Of a stretch of 64,000 nucleotides of DNA, positions 45,774 through 56,211 are shown in pieces; the stretch's first letter is position 1, and every line of letters starts with the position of its first letter. The translations under genes and the position numbers were made by a program. This DNA is from Thermoplasmata archaeon (lineage in GTDB: Archaea > Thermoplasmatota > Thermoplasmata > GCA-020350865), in assembly GCA_020348445.1 (NCBI GenBank), contig CP070751.1, forward strand, positions 2,149,186 through 2,213,185, in the 5' to 3' direction. The notes below the pieces were generated by a model. That model was given only the letters and a program-made list of their open reading frames with translations, was not told the DNA's origin and made no database searches.

Positions 45774-47102
45774 ATGAGTGGAATTCTGGTATTGGGAGCA
45801 GGAATGGTGGCAGGGCCTCTAGTAAGATATCTTTTGGATCAGGACTTTGAAGTCAAGGTGGCAAGCAGAACCATAAGTAAAGCAGAAAAATTGGTGGAGG
45901 GTTATCCCAAGGGCAGTGCTGAATCATTGGACGTTGAAAAACCAGATGCCGAAAAGAAACTGGAGGAGCTTATATCTTCTTCTGATTTGGCTGTGAGCCT
46001 TCTACCCTATATTCATCATGTAATGGTCGCCAAACTTTGTATCAAACACAAGAAGAACATGGTAACGACATCTTATGTTAGTGATGCAATGAGGGCCTTG
46101 GATGAGGATGCCAAGAAAGCAGGGATTATCATAATAAACGAGTCTGGTGTGGATCCCGGAATCGATCACATGTCTGCAATGAGGATCATCCATAAAGTGG
46201 AGGAAGAAGGAGGTAAAGTGATCAGCTTCAAATCTACAACTGGAGCACTACCTGCGCAAGAGTCAAATAACAATCCCTTTGGATACAAGTTTTCCTGGGC
46301 CCCAAAAGGTGTCCTTCTTGCCTCCCGCAATGCTGCGAAGTGGCTGGAGGATGGTAAAGAAGTATCCATCCCGGGTGAGCAGTTATTTGAGAATTATTAT
46401 ATTCAGGATGTACCTAGTGTTGGGGCTTTTGAAAATTACCCTAATAGAAATTCCATACCTTACAAGGAAGTATACGGTCTTTCAGATGCCAAAACCGTTT
46501 ACCGCGGGACCTTCAGAAATGTCGGGTGGTGTGAGACCCTAAGATGTATCGTGGCCCTGGGCTGGCTTGCTGATGAGCCAGTTGAGAATTTTACAGGTGG
46601 AACCTATGGAGAGCTAACAGGGAAATTAATAGGTGCAGGTTCATCTGATAATATTGTCAATGATGTTGCAGCCTTTCTCGGTTTAAAGCCCTACTCAGCA
46701 GCGATCAAGAGGTTGAATTGGCTTGGTCTTTTTAGTGATGAGCCATTACCAGCAGACAAAAATAATCCATTGGATTATCTAAATGTCTTAACCCTTAAAA
46801 AGATGTCCATGGATAAAAAGGACAAAGATATGATTGTAATGCTTCATGAATTCGTAGCCGAGTTTCCCGATAAAAAGGAGTACATAACCTCCACATTGTT
46901 GGACTATGGAATTCCCGGTGGTGATACCTCAGTTGCAAGAACTGTGGGCCTTCCTGCAGCAATTGCAGTCAAGATGGTACTACAGGGGAAAATCGACCTA
47001 ATTGGGGTTCATATTCCAACAAAACCAGAAATTTATAATCCAATTCTAGATGAACTAGAAGAAATAGGGATAAGATTTTTAGAAAACCGCATCCCTATTT
47101 GA
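45774..47102 (+). CDS. Saccharopine dehydrogenase (L-glutamate-forming, Lys9/AASS SDH-like)
   Basis: LVLGAGMVA, SLLPY..H..VAK.CI, VTTSYVS, NESGVDPGIDHM, YKFSWAPKGV, YPNRNS, RGTFR, VARTVG.PAA; RBS GGAGGT before the ATG at 45774. Confidence 0.92.
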   Translation: MSGILVLGAGMVAGPLVRYLLDQDFEVKVASRTISKAEKLVEGYPKGSAESLDVEKPDAEKKLEELISSSDLAVSLLPYIHHVMVAKLCIKHKKNMVTTSYVSDAMRALDEDAKKAGIIIINESGVDPGIDHMSAMRIIHKVEEEGGKVISFKSTTGALPAQESNNNPFGYKFSWAPKGVLLASRNAAKWLEDGKEVSIPGEQLFENYYIQDVPSVGAFENYPNRNSIPYKEVYGLSDAKTVYRGTFRNVGWCETLRCIVALGWLADEPVENFTGGTYGELTGKLIGAGSSDNIVNDVAAFLGLKPYSAAIKRLNWLGLFSDEPLPADKNNPLDYLNVLTLKKMSMDKKDKDMIVMLHEFVAEFPDKKEYITSTLLDYGIPGGDTSVARTVGLPAAIAVKMVLQGKIDLIGVHIPTKPEIYNPILDELEEIGIRFLENRIPI

Positions 47103-48420
47103 CGGATTTAAGGGCCTTTTCGAAGATATCCAGTCCCTGATCTAGTTGCGATTCTTCAATAACTAGCGGAGGAATAAACCTTATTCCAGAGGTACCACAT
47201 GGAAGGAGGACAAGGCCGTTTTTGTAGCTCTTTACCAGTATCTTATCAACCTCTTTTTCTGCAGGTTGCTTGGTCTTTATGTTTTTGACAAGCTCAACAG
47301 CCTGCATCAAGCCGATTCCCCGAACATCTCCTATCAATGGGTATTTATCTTTCATTTCGTAAAGACGCTTTGAAACATGCTTTCCCAATTTCTCTGCCCT
47401 CTGACTCAATTTCCCCTTCTTTATCACTTCTATGGTGGCCAGGGCAGAAGCACAGGCAACGAGGTTACCTCCGTAGGTATTGGAATGGGCACCCGATACA
47501 CCAAAATCGTATTGCGCGTTGAAAACGGTGGCACCGATTGGCATTCCAGAACCCATACCCTTGGCAAGGCAAAGGATTTCGGGTTCAATTCCATGATGTT
47601 CCACTGCGAACATCTTACCAGTCCTTCCAAAACCTGCCTGGACTTCATCGTCAACCATGATTATTTCATGCTTTTTTGTAATCTTTCTTATCTCCTCTAT
47701 GAACTTTTTGGGAGGAACTATATACCCTCCTTCCCCCTGGACAGGCTCGAAGAACAGGGCTGCCACTTCGCCTGGGGGAACAAGAGAATTGAAATAAACC
47801 TCATCCAATATCTTGGCACACCATACGTCGCAATCAGGATATTCCATCTTGTATGCGCAGCGATAACAATAGGCATATGGAATATGGGTCACCCCAGGCA
47901 TCATGGGAAAGTATCTTTCCCTATGAACTGTTTTACTGGCAGTTAGTGTAAGGGAGCCCATGGTCCTTCCATGAAATGCCTTTATAAAGGAAATAAAACG
48001 GCTGCGTTTTGTCGACCACTTTGCCAGCTTGATCGCGCATTCATTTGCTTCGGTTCCGCTGTTTGTGAAGAACACCTTCTTTGCGAACTTACCAGGAGTG
48101 ATATTCACCAGTGTCTCGGCAAGATCGTTTTGGACATCATAGTAAAAATCGGTACCAGCAAAATGCATGAGTTCGCCTGCCTGCTTCTGCACTGATTCCA
48201 CGATTTTTGGGTGGCAGTGGCCGCAATTGACCACGCCCACACCGCTTGTAAAATCTATGTATGTATTTCCGTCCACATCCTCGATTATTGCTCCTTTTGC
48301 CTGCTTTGCCGCAATGGGTGAGGTCTTTGTGGCCGTTGCTATTAATTTATGGTCCTTGGATACGATTTTCCGGGCCTTTGGCCCTGGAGGAGTAATCTTT
48401 ATTTTTGCCTTCTTTTGCAT
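47095..48420 (-). CDS. Class III PLP aminotransferase (4-aminobutyrate/ornithine/acetylornithine-like)
   Basis: DVDGNTYIDFTSG, NSGTEANE, AFHGRT, FEPVQGEGG, DDEVQAGFGRTG, LAKGMGSG, HSNTYGGN. Confidence 0.92.
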   Translation of the reverse strand: MQKKAKIKITPPGPKARKIVSKDHKLIATATKTSPIAAKQAKGAIIEDVDGNTYIDFTSGVGVVNCGHCHPKIVESVQKQAGELMHFAGTDFYYDVQNDLAETLVNITPGKFAKKVFFTNSGTEANECAIKLAKWSTKRSRFISFIKAFHGRTMGSLTLTASKTVHRERYFPMMPGVTHIPYAYCYRCAYKMEYPDCDVWCAKILDEVYFNSLVPPGEVAALFFEPVQGEGGYIVPPKKFIEEIRKITKKHEIIMVDDEVQAGFGRTGKMFAVEHHGIEPEILCLAKGMGSGMPIGATVFNAQYDFGVSGAHSNTYGGNLVACASALATIEVIKKGKLSQRAEKLGKHVSKRLYEMKDKYPLIGDVRGIGLMQAVELVKNIKTKQPAEKEVDKILVKSYKNGLVLLPCGTSGIRFIPPLVIEESQLDQGLDIFEKALKSVK

Positions 48421-48698
48421 TTCACCACCCCTTGGGTGTGGCACTCCGTATATAATTGCAAGATAAAAGATTTATGTTGGATTATACTCTTATTATAGAC
48501 TTTCACAAGTATTCATCTTTTATCGGATAACTTCATCTTCCTGCTATCCCCCTATTACCGGTATTAATTGATAGGACACGATTTAAACACTGGATTATCG
48601 TCCGATTTATCATTAAAAACGCTATTTAACGCAATATTGCTAATTTTCAAGGAAAATTTATAAAATAATAACAAAATTTATAAAGATAAAATCTTATA

Positions 48699-49772
48699 AT
48701 GTCATCGATGTATACGAAGAGACTCACTAAAAAAGAGCAGCTCACGCTGTGGGGTTTGATAAACCACCCGAGTTTAAATGACAAGGAATTGGCTAAAAAA
48801 ACTCGCTTGAAGCTCTCAACAGTCACAGCGATAAGGAGAAGGCTGAGGGACAAGGGATATTACCAGACAGTGAATATACCTAATTTCTATCGCCTTGGAT
48901 ATGAATTGTTCAGTGTAATGTATGGGACTTTCAATGAGGCGGTTCCCATCGAGGCAAGAATCGAGAATTTTAGAAATTTCTCGAATAAATACCCCAATAC
49001 CATCTTTTCCATGATGAGTAGAAGCAACGGCATTGTTTTCAATGTTGCGAAAAATTACGCCGAGGCCAACTCACAATACGAGGAACTGGAAATGTTCTTC
49101 ACAAGCCATCATCTTACAGATGAAACAGGTTGGAGTAGGTTGATTTTCCCCTTCCAAACATCCATTTTCTGGAATTTTTTTAACTTTTCCCCTGTATTCC
49201 GCAACTCCTATGACATAAAAAGGAAAATCAACTTACAGGAGTTTTCATCACAAAAGAAATTGGACGTTATTAGATTGAGTAAAAAGGAGAAAAAGGTCCT
49301 ATTTGGGCTAGTTAAATATCCTGAGGAATCGGACAACAGCATAGCAGATAGATTCAACTTATCGCGGCAAGCTGTTTCGAACATTAAAAAGAGATTCATA
49401 AGTGATGATCTGATATTAACGAGAAGAATTTTAAATTTTGAACATACTGGGTGCGATCTGATAACGTTCGCGTACACCTTCTTTGGAACGAGAGCACCCA
49501 TCGAATCAAGGGGAGATGGTCTTAACTATACGAAAAAGTATGTACCAGCCTTTATTGGAATCTCAAGTAACTTTGAGAATATTTTACTTGCGGCCATAAG
49601 AAATTATTCTGAATATGAAAAACTGAAGGAAAAGATTCTTTCGTTCTATAAAACTCATCTTTCAATTGCAAGGCAACCTGAGATATTATTGTTCCCGGTG
49701 GATGATATTCGTTATAGCGAAATCCCTACATTCCATGATCTTTTGGGCGGGATGCTGGGAATGGAAGAATAA
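48699..49772 (+). CDS. Transcription regulator with two tandem Lrp/AsnC-like HTH modules
   Basis: LTKKEQLTLWGLI.HP.LND.ELA....LSTVTAIRRRL and LSKKEKKVLFGLVKYPEESDNSIA....SRQAVSNIKKRF internal duplication. Confidence 0.7.
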   Translation: MSSMYTKRLTKKEQLTLWGLINHPSLNDKELAKKTRLKLSTVTAIRRRLRDKGYYQTVNIPNFYRLGYELFSVMYGTFNEAVPIEARIENFRNFSNKYPNTIFSMMSRSNGIVFNVAKNYAEANSQYEELEMFFTSHHLTDETGWSRLIFPFQTSIFWNFFNFSPVFRNSYDIKRKINLQEFSSQKKLDVIRLSKKEKKVLFGLVKYPEESDNSIADRFNLSRQAVSNIKKRFISDDLILTRRILNFEHTGCDLITFAYTFFGTRAPIESRGDGLNYTKKYVPAFIGISSNFENILLAAIRNYSEYEKLKEKILSFYKTHLSIARQPEILLFPVDDIRYSEIPTFHDLLGGMLGMEE

Positions 49773-49817
49773 TAGAATAACTGAGTCCAATTTTGGCGGT
49801 TTGATTCTGCAAGACCA

Positions 49818-52800
49818 CTATAAGATCACATCTACCTCTCTTTCTAAAAGTTTCAGTTGACTGCCTTCTAATATGGAGGGGTTGACAGGGATAATCAAAA
49901 TCGAGTTTGCCACAGCCACTTGATCTCTCATGGACTGTATCAATCTAAGCACGGTAATGAAATTGTTGTTCGTAATAAGATATTCGATGCCAGAAAGCAG
50001 TATAACACCATTTTCGTCCCTCGAAAGGAACTGCTCCATGGAAAGGCTCAGTTTTTCCAGATTTTTAGGACGGATGGTATCCTTCTTTCCTATGTTGGAG
50101 AGCCAGTATACCTTAGTCTCGCCGAAGTTGAATTCGTCTTTCAATTTCTTGGGAAAGTCCCTTGTGAAACAGATCGCGCTATGGCCTTTTTCCACTGCCT
50201 GTTCGATAAGTTTGTAATGCTCATCAGTGGTTTCGCTTTTTATAAGATGTGTCCCTCCCCATTTCAGCTTCTCAATGTCCATGGCTTCCTCTTCTTCCTC
50301 TTCGGCTTCAACTGGTTCCTCTGCAACAGCTTCCTCGGATATAGGCTCCTCATAAACTGGCTCTTCAGGTAATACCTCTTCTGGCAATTCTTCCAGAAGA
50401 GGTGCTCCACATCTACTACACACTATTGCATTCTCTGGAAGCTGGGCCCCGCACAGAGGACAGAACTGCGGTTGCCCTTCCATCACCTTCTCTTCAACAG
50501 GGACCTCCTCCCTCTCCTCTGAGGCATATTTCTTGCAGCTGTAGCAGTACCACCGCTTATACTCCTCGATATAATTCAATACATTACCGCAAAATTCACA
50601 TAAGTTCACTGGCAGTTCTTTGGCCTTCTTCCTCGCCTCCATTTCTGCTATTGCCCTCTCAGTGACAATACTGATAGTGAAGCTCTCACCTTCAGCATTC
50701 CATTCGACGATGTAACCTTCTGAAAGCTCATCGGTAACAAAATCGAGATTCTGGGATCTGGTTTCCCTGGTAATGTAATCCTTCTTCCCCTCTAAAATAT
50801 CATAGAGTTCGTCGCTGATTTTAATCTTCGTATGTATTTCCTCTTCCACATGCAAATTCATTTCCTTTCGCATCTCCTGAATCCGCCTGATCATCTCTTT
50901 TGCGAAGCCTTCAGATCTAATCTCGTCTGTAATCTCCGTATCAAGGAATATAAAACCATCTGAGAACTCCTCCTGAAGAACACCCTTGGGCAAGGTCTCC
51001 ATGAAGGAGACCATGTTGGGCATGATTCTCACCTGCTGTCCCTCTATGCCAAGGCTGTACTCACCTTTTTCAATACCTTCTTTGATTCTCCTTGCGGATT
51101 GGTACTGAAGGAGGGCAGCAATTTTACTGGCCCATTGTCTGAAAACAGGACCAATGACCTCCATGTTGGGTTTTACCTCAAGCTCCATACCGCCCCATTG
51201 TTCCCCCATCCTGACGATCTCCAAAGCCTTGGCATTGGTTTGACGCAAGATTACGCTCTCCAAGGCCTCCACCGCATCTTCCACCTCGGGAGAGCCGGCC
51301 TTGACCACCACCAGCTTCACAGGCCATCTCAACTTTATTTTGGCCTTCTGTCTGGCACTTGCTACCCGTTCCACGATCTCCCGAGCTATATCCATCTGTC
51401 TGTTCAATTCTGAATCAACAAGAGCTTTGTCGTACTTTACAACAGGTGACATAAAAATCGTGGGCAGCTTCCCATCCAGATTCTGATAAGCCTCTTCTGC
51501 AAAATGGGGGGTGAGGGGCGCCATCAGGTTGAAGACGGTCATTAGCACCTCGTGCAGGACCTTGTATACGGCCAGTTTATCTGGCTCTTCGCTTTCCACC
51601 CATGTTCTATCCCGAACTAGTCTGACATACCATCTCGATAGATCTTCTAAAATGAATTCTTCCAGTTTACGACACGCGACGTGCACATCATAATTATTCA
51701 TGGCTGCAATCACATCTTTTTTAAGGCTTTCAGCCTTTGAAAGCAACCACTTATCTTCAATCCTCATGTACTTTCTAATGGACCGAAACGATGCTTTATC
51801 TGGCTCAAATTTATCTATGGACATGTAAGTTGTGCTGAATACATATACATTCCATAGTATGTTCAATGTCCTTTTAGCGTTTTTCACACCCTCCTCCGAA
51901 AACGAAAGATCGTCCCAAGGGGCAGATGTTTTGAGTAGATAGAACCGCAGCGAATCCACACCGTAATCCTTGATAATATCGAAAGGCTCGACTATGTTCC
52001 CAGAGCTTTTTGACATCCTTTTTCCCGCATCGTCCAATGCCCACCCATGCATAAGTACCGACTTATAGGGAATTTCGTCAAAGGCTATCACTCCAGCACC
52101 AAGTTGCGAATAGAACCAACCCCGGGTTTGATCATGGGCTTCGGTTATCCATTTACACGGCCACCACTTCTGAAATTCTTTTTTATCACCGGGGAATCCA
52201 AGCTGTGCCCATGCACATACGGCGGAATCGAACCAAACGTCCATTACATCTGGCACCCTTTTCATGGTGTTGTTACAATCGGGGCATGGAAATGTAATGG
52301 CATCTATCCATGGTCTATGAAGGTCCAGATCGCCTTTATAATTATCTCCTTCCGAAAGATCGTCAATAGAACCTATCACACGGATATTACCGCATTCGCA
52401 TTTCCATATTGGCAAAGGAGTGCCCCAGTATCTCTGCCTTGATATGCACCAATCCCTTGCATTGGATACCCAATCGTGCATTCTCGAAGAACCTGCCCAA
52501 TCAGGATACCAGGGGATATCCGCGATTTCCTCCAGCATATCATCCTTTATTTCTGTCACCTTTAAGAACCATTGATCTGTGGCGCGATAAATGATGGGGA
52601 TTTTGCAGCGCCAGCAGTGCCCGTACCTGTGGGTTACTTCATCATCGAAGAGCATCAAGCCCTTTCTCTTAAGTTCTGCAATAATGTAATCATTACCCTT
52701 TTTAATATCGATACCTGCGTATCTACCCGTCTCCTCGGAAAACCTCCCGTCCTCGGTCACGGGGCAGAAGGGTGGGATATCGAACTCCTTTCCAATTTCG

Positions 52801-53816
52801 AAATCCTCGGGGCCATGCCCGGGTGCGATATGAACGACACCAGTGTATTCTTCTGTAACAGTATCAGAAAGCAGCACTTTATGTATCCACTCACCTTCTA
52901 AGTTCTGATGATATTTCATCTCACGAAGGAAGGGGTGCATGTATTCGAGTTCCGCTAGTTGGCTTCCACCTAAAAGATCCAGAACTTCGAAGTCTCTACA
53001 GCCGATTAAGGCCATAACGTCCTCCACCCTTTCCTCAAATAAGTACATGATTTCCTCCTTTCCTTTCATATTGAGCTTTACCTTCGCATAGATGAACTCT
53101 GGATTAACAGCTATAGCCAAATTTGCCAGTAAGGTCCATGGTGTGGTAGTCCAAATGAGGATGGACTCATTATCCTTACCTTTTAGAGGGAATCTAACAT
53201 AAATGGACGGGTCCGTTTCATCCCAGTACTCAACCTCAGCCTCGGCAAGGGCGGTCTGACATCTCGGGCACCAGGTTAAAACTCTCTCGGATTGTATCAA
53301 GAGCCCTTTATCATGTGCCTTGCTTAGGGTCCACCATTCCGATTCGATGTAATTGTTCTTTATTGTGAGATAGGGATTTTCCCAGTCCAACCAAATCCCG
53401 AGTTTTTTAAATTGATCCACCATCTTCACTTTAAAATCTTGTGCAAATTCCCGGCATTTGTCAACGAAAGTATCAATGCCCATCTCCTCAATTTGGCGTT
53501 TATCCTTTATTCCCATGGATTTTTCAACAAGAACCTCGATGGGAAGACCGTGCATATCGAAGCCTGCCTGGTCCCTGACATTGTATTTCTGCATCCTGCG
53601 GTATCTGAGTACGACATCCTTCAATATCTTGTTCCAGGCGGTTCCGAGATGGATATAGCCAGTGGTATACGGTGGGCCGTCGATGAAGTAATATTCCTTC
53701 CCGGTTTTGCATTGCTCCTTTGTCTTCTCGTACGCCTTGCTCTTAATCCACAGTTCCTGGATGTACTTCTCCATTTCATTTGGTTGATACTTTTTCTCAG
53801 CCTGATGAATCATCAC
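49818..53816 (-). CDS. ileS: Isoleucyl-tRNA synthetase with C-terminal Zn fingers, acidic linker and DUF835 domain
   Basis: DGPPYTTG.IHLG (HIGH), WTTTPWTL, DWCISRQRYWG, RMSKS (KMSKS); extension CEFC..CYSC, CPLC..CSRC, then WLS...P..L....GVILLSGIEYLI.NN.F..V..I..MRD. Confidence 0.95.
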   Translation of the reverse strand: MMIHQAEKKYQPNEMEKYIQELWIKSKAYEKTKEQCKTGKEYYFIDGPPYTTGYIHLGTAWNKILKDVVLRYRRMQKYNVRDQAGFDMHGLPIEVLVEKSMGIKDKRQIEEMGIDTFVDKCREFAQDFKVKMVDQFKKLGIWLDWENPYLTIKNNYIESEWWTLSKAHDKGLLIQSERVLTWCPRCQTALAEAEVEYWDETDPSIYVRFPLKGKDNESILIWTTTPWTLLANLAIAVNPEFIYAKVKLNMKGKEEIMYLFEERVEDVMALIGCRDFEVLDLLGGSQLAELEYMHPFLREMKYHQNLEGEWIHKVLLSDTVTEEYTGVVHIAPGHGPEDFEIGKEFDIPPFCPVTEDGRFSEETGRYAGIDIKKGNDYIIAELKRKGLMLFDDEVTHRYGHCWRCKIPIIYRATDQWFLKVTEIKDDMLEEIADIPWYPDWAGSSRMHDWVSNARDWCISRQRYWGTPLPIWKCECGNIRVIGSIDDLSEGDNYKGDLDLHRPWIDAITFPCPDCNNTMKRVPDVMDVWFDSAVCAWAQLGFPGDKKEFQKWWPCKWITEAHDQTRGWFYSQLGAGVIAFDEIPYKSVLMHGWALDDAGKRMSKSSGNIVEPFDIIKDYGVDSLRFYLLKTSAPWDDLSFSEEGVKNAKRTLNILWNVYVFSTTYMSIDKFEPDKASFRSIRKYMRIEDKWLLSKAESLKKDVIAAMNNYDVHVACRKLEEFILEDLSRWYVRLVRDRTWVESEEPDKLAVYKVLHEVLMTVFNLMAPLTPHFAEEAYQNLDGKLPTIFMSPVVKYDKALVDSELNRQMDIAREIVERVASARQKAKIKLRWPVKLVVVKAGSPEVEDAVEALESVILRQTNAKALEIVRMGEQWGGMELEVKPNMEVIGPVFRQWASKIAALLQYQSARRIKEGIEKGEYSLGIEGQQVRIMPNMVSFMETLPKGVLQEEFSDGFIFLDTEITDEIRSEGFAKEMIRRIQEMRKEMNLHVEEEIHTKIKISDELYDILEGKKDYITRETRSQNLDFVTDELSEGYIVEWNAEGESFTISIVTERAIAEMEARKKAKELPVNLCEFCGNVLNYIEEYKRWYCYSCKKYASEEREEVPVEEKVMEGQPQFCPLCGAQLPENAIVCSRCGAPLLEELPEEVLPEEPVYEEPISEEAVAEEPVEAEEEEEEAMDIEKLKWGGTHLIKSETTDEHYKLIEQAVEKGHSAICFTRDFPKKLKDEFNFGETKVYWLSNIGKKDTIRPKNLEKLSLSMEQFLSRDENGVILLSGIEYLITNNNFITVLRLIQSMRDQVAVANSILIIPVNPSILEGSQLKLLEREVDVIL

Positions 53817-53984
53817 TTTCCCCCAATGTTTTTGTTGTATTTATTACTTATTAAGATATTCTCATGCAGTTTTTTTTCACTCCCAATAAAACCTCAGATA
53901 ACTTTAAAATATTTAAAACCATTTGAAGATATAACCTAAGGCTAAGCATTTATTATGGTTCACTCATATATAGGGGGGATATAT

Positions 53985-55280
53985 ATGGGCACGACAGCTA
54001 TTGTGGGAACGCAGTGGGGTGACGAAGGTAAAGGCAAGATCACGGATGTATATGCAGAGGATGCGGACATAATTGCTCGGTTCCAGGGGGGAAACAACGC
54101 GGGGCATACGATAGTTGTTAAAGATGAGGTCTATAAATTCCATCTTTTGCCTTCCGGAATAATAAGACCTGAGAAAACAGTTGTAATAGGCAATGGCGTT
54201 GTAATCGATCCAGAGGTATTGTTAAAGGAATTGGGTGATATCGAGGCAAGGGGCTTTAAGGTGAACAACCTTCTAATAAGCGATAGGGCACATGTTATCA
54301 TGTCTTACCATAAATTACTTGATGGATTGCAGGAGCAATCATTGGGTGAAGCAAAGAAAATTGGAACCACGAAAAGGGGTATCGGACCTACATACGGTGA
54401 TAAGATTGGACGATACGGTATTCGAATCCACGATTTGATAGATGAAAAGGACCTTTCAGAGAGACTGGACGCCCTTGTACCCCTGAGACAGAGGATGATA
54501 TTTGCCTACGACGGCGAATCTAAGATATCGAAAGAAGAACTATTGGATAAATATACTGAATATGGCAGAAAACTGTCAAAATATGTGACAGATACATCCG
54601 TTTTTTTGAACAAGGCAATAGACGAAGGGAAAAACGTGCTTTTTGAAGGTGCCCAGGGTGCAATGCTGGATGTGGATTTCGGCACTTACCCATATACGAC
54701 TTCCTCCCATACTGTTTCCGGTGGTGTGTGTATAGGTCTAGGTATTGGCCCAAAAAAAGTCCATCGGGTGATAGGGGTTGTCAAAGCCTACACAACAAGG
54801 GTCGGGGGCGGTCCCTTGCCTACAGAGCTTACAGATGAGATTGGGGAGCACTTGTTAAATAAAGGTGGGGAGTATGGCACCACCACAGGAAGGCCTAGAA
54901 GGTGCGGGTGGTTGGATCTGGTTGTTGTTAGACATGCGGTTCGATTGAACTCATTGGATGCAGTGGTGATAACGAAAATAGATGTTTTGAATGGATTAAA
55001 GAATATCAAGGTGTGCAGGGCCTACGAATTGGACGGTAAGGAAACAGTGAATTTTCCATCCAACCTGAAGGTCTTGGCACGTTGTAAGCCTGTTTACGAT
55101 GAGCTTGCCTCTTGGGACGATTTCTCAAAGGAGGAAGGCCTTAAAATGGCAGAGGAAGGTTATGATGCTCTTCCAAATGAGATGAAGGTCTACTTAAAAT
55201 ATATCGAGAAGAACCTTGGGGTGCCCATTGAAATGGTTTCCCTTGGGCCGGGAAGGGGGGAGACTGTGGATCTACGATAA
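53985..55280 (+). CDS. purA: Adenylosuccinate synthetase
   Basis: GTQWGDEGKGK, RFQGGNNAGHT, IGTTKRGIGP, EGAQG, GTYPYTTSS, TRVG.GP, TTGRPRRCGW. Confidence 0.97.
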   Translation: MGTTAIVGTQWGDEGKGKITDVYAEDADIIARFQGGNNAGHTIVVKDEVYKFHLLPSGIIRPEKTVVIGNGVVIDPEVLLKELGDIEARGFKVNNLLISDRAHVIMSYHKLLDGLQEQSLGEAKKIGTTKRGIGPTYGDKIGRYGIRIHDLIDEKDLSERLDALVPLRQRMIFAYDGESKISKEELLDKYTEYGRKLSKYVTDTSVFLNKAIDEGKNVLFEGAQGAMLDVDFGTYPYTTSSHTVSGGVCIGLGIGPKKVHRVIGVVKAYTTRVGGGPLPTELTDEIGEHLLNKGGEYGTTTGRPRRCGWLDLVVVRHAVRLNSLDAVVITKIDVLNGLKNIKVCRAYELDGKETVNFPSNLKVLARCKPVYDELASWDDFSKEEGLKMAEEGYDALPNEMKVYLKYIEKNLGVPIEMVSLGPGRGETVDLR

Positions 55281-55284
55281 TTAT

Positions 55285-56211
55285 CTAAGTTTTTGCTATG
55301 GCCTTTATTTCTTTGATCATACTGCATGATTTGCATATTTTACTGAGTGTTGGCTCTCCACAATCTTTGCATTTTAAAAGTTTTGCAGGCGGGAATGATT
55401 TAAGAAGAGCATCGGAAATGGAATCATAACTTTGAAGTAGGGCGTGTCGTGTTCCTGGGGTATCCTTTTCCAGGTTGTTTATGATATCCCGAAACCTTCC
55501 CCGTTGTGCTCTTTCGGAATAAGGGCATTCGCCATGGTAGAATTCGATTCTGTTGAGCATGGCATAAAGGTAGCTCTCCTTTTCTGGAATAAGCCTCAGG
55601 GGTTGGATTCTGGGAACGAGACCCTCCTGCACCCTTTCATGTGGCCCCAGTCTTGCGAGCTTGGCTATATCTCCTCTCATGATGTTCATGAGTATGGATT
55701 GGGCTGTATCGTCCAGATTAAGGCCAGTGGCAAGCCTTGTAGCATTAAGTTCCTTTGCCTTCATATTCAGGCATTTTCTTCTGAATACACCGCAGTAAGA
55801 GCAAGGGGTTGTTTTAATTGGAAGTTTCGAGATATCGTCCATTGTGATGTCCACTGCATCCTTGAAGCTGACGATATGCAGAGGGATATCCATAAGTTCA
55901 CAGTTTTTCTTGGCAAATTCCATGCTCTCGGGCCTGTAATCTGATATTCCCTCATTTACGCAAATTGCGTGTATCTCGGTGTCCTTTCTTTCTTCCAGAA
56001 TATTATTCAGGATATGCATGGCCACGACGCTGTCCTTTCCACCTGATAGAGCAACTGCGAAGACTTCATCCCTCTCTAATTTGAACTGCTTCCTCAACTC
56101 CTTCTTCACCCTTTTTTCCACGAATTCGGTGAGGTGGAGCTTACAAAGGTGCGCGCCGCTGTATCTGATGAAAGTCACGGCATTCTTGCCGCATTTGTCG
56201 CATGCCTTCAT
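55285..56211 (-). CDS. ttuA: tRNA 2-thiolation protein (TtuA/Ncs6/CTU1 family)
   Basis: N-terminal CxxC..LCxxH, PP-loop ALSGGKDS, CSYCGVFRR, GLNLDD, CPY, C-terminal CxxC..CxxC. Confidence 0.9.
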   Translation of the reverse strand: MKACDKCGKNAVTFIRYSGAHLCKLHLTEFVEKRVKKELRKQFKLERDEVFAVALSGGKDSVVAMHILNNILEERKDTEIHAICVNEGISDYRPESMEFAKKNCELMDIPLHIVSFKDAVDITMDDISKLPIKTTPCSYCGVFRRKCLNMKAKELNATRLATGLNLDDTAQSILMNIMRGDIAKLARLGPHERVQEGLVPRIQPLRLIPEKESYLYAMLNRIEFYHGECPYSERAQRGRFRDIINNLEKDTPGTRHALLQSYDSISDALLKSFPPAKLLKCKDCGEPTLSKICKSCSMIKEIKAIAKT

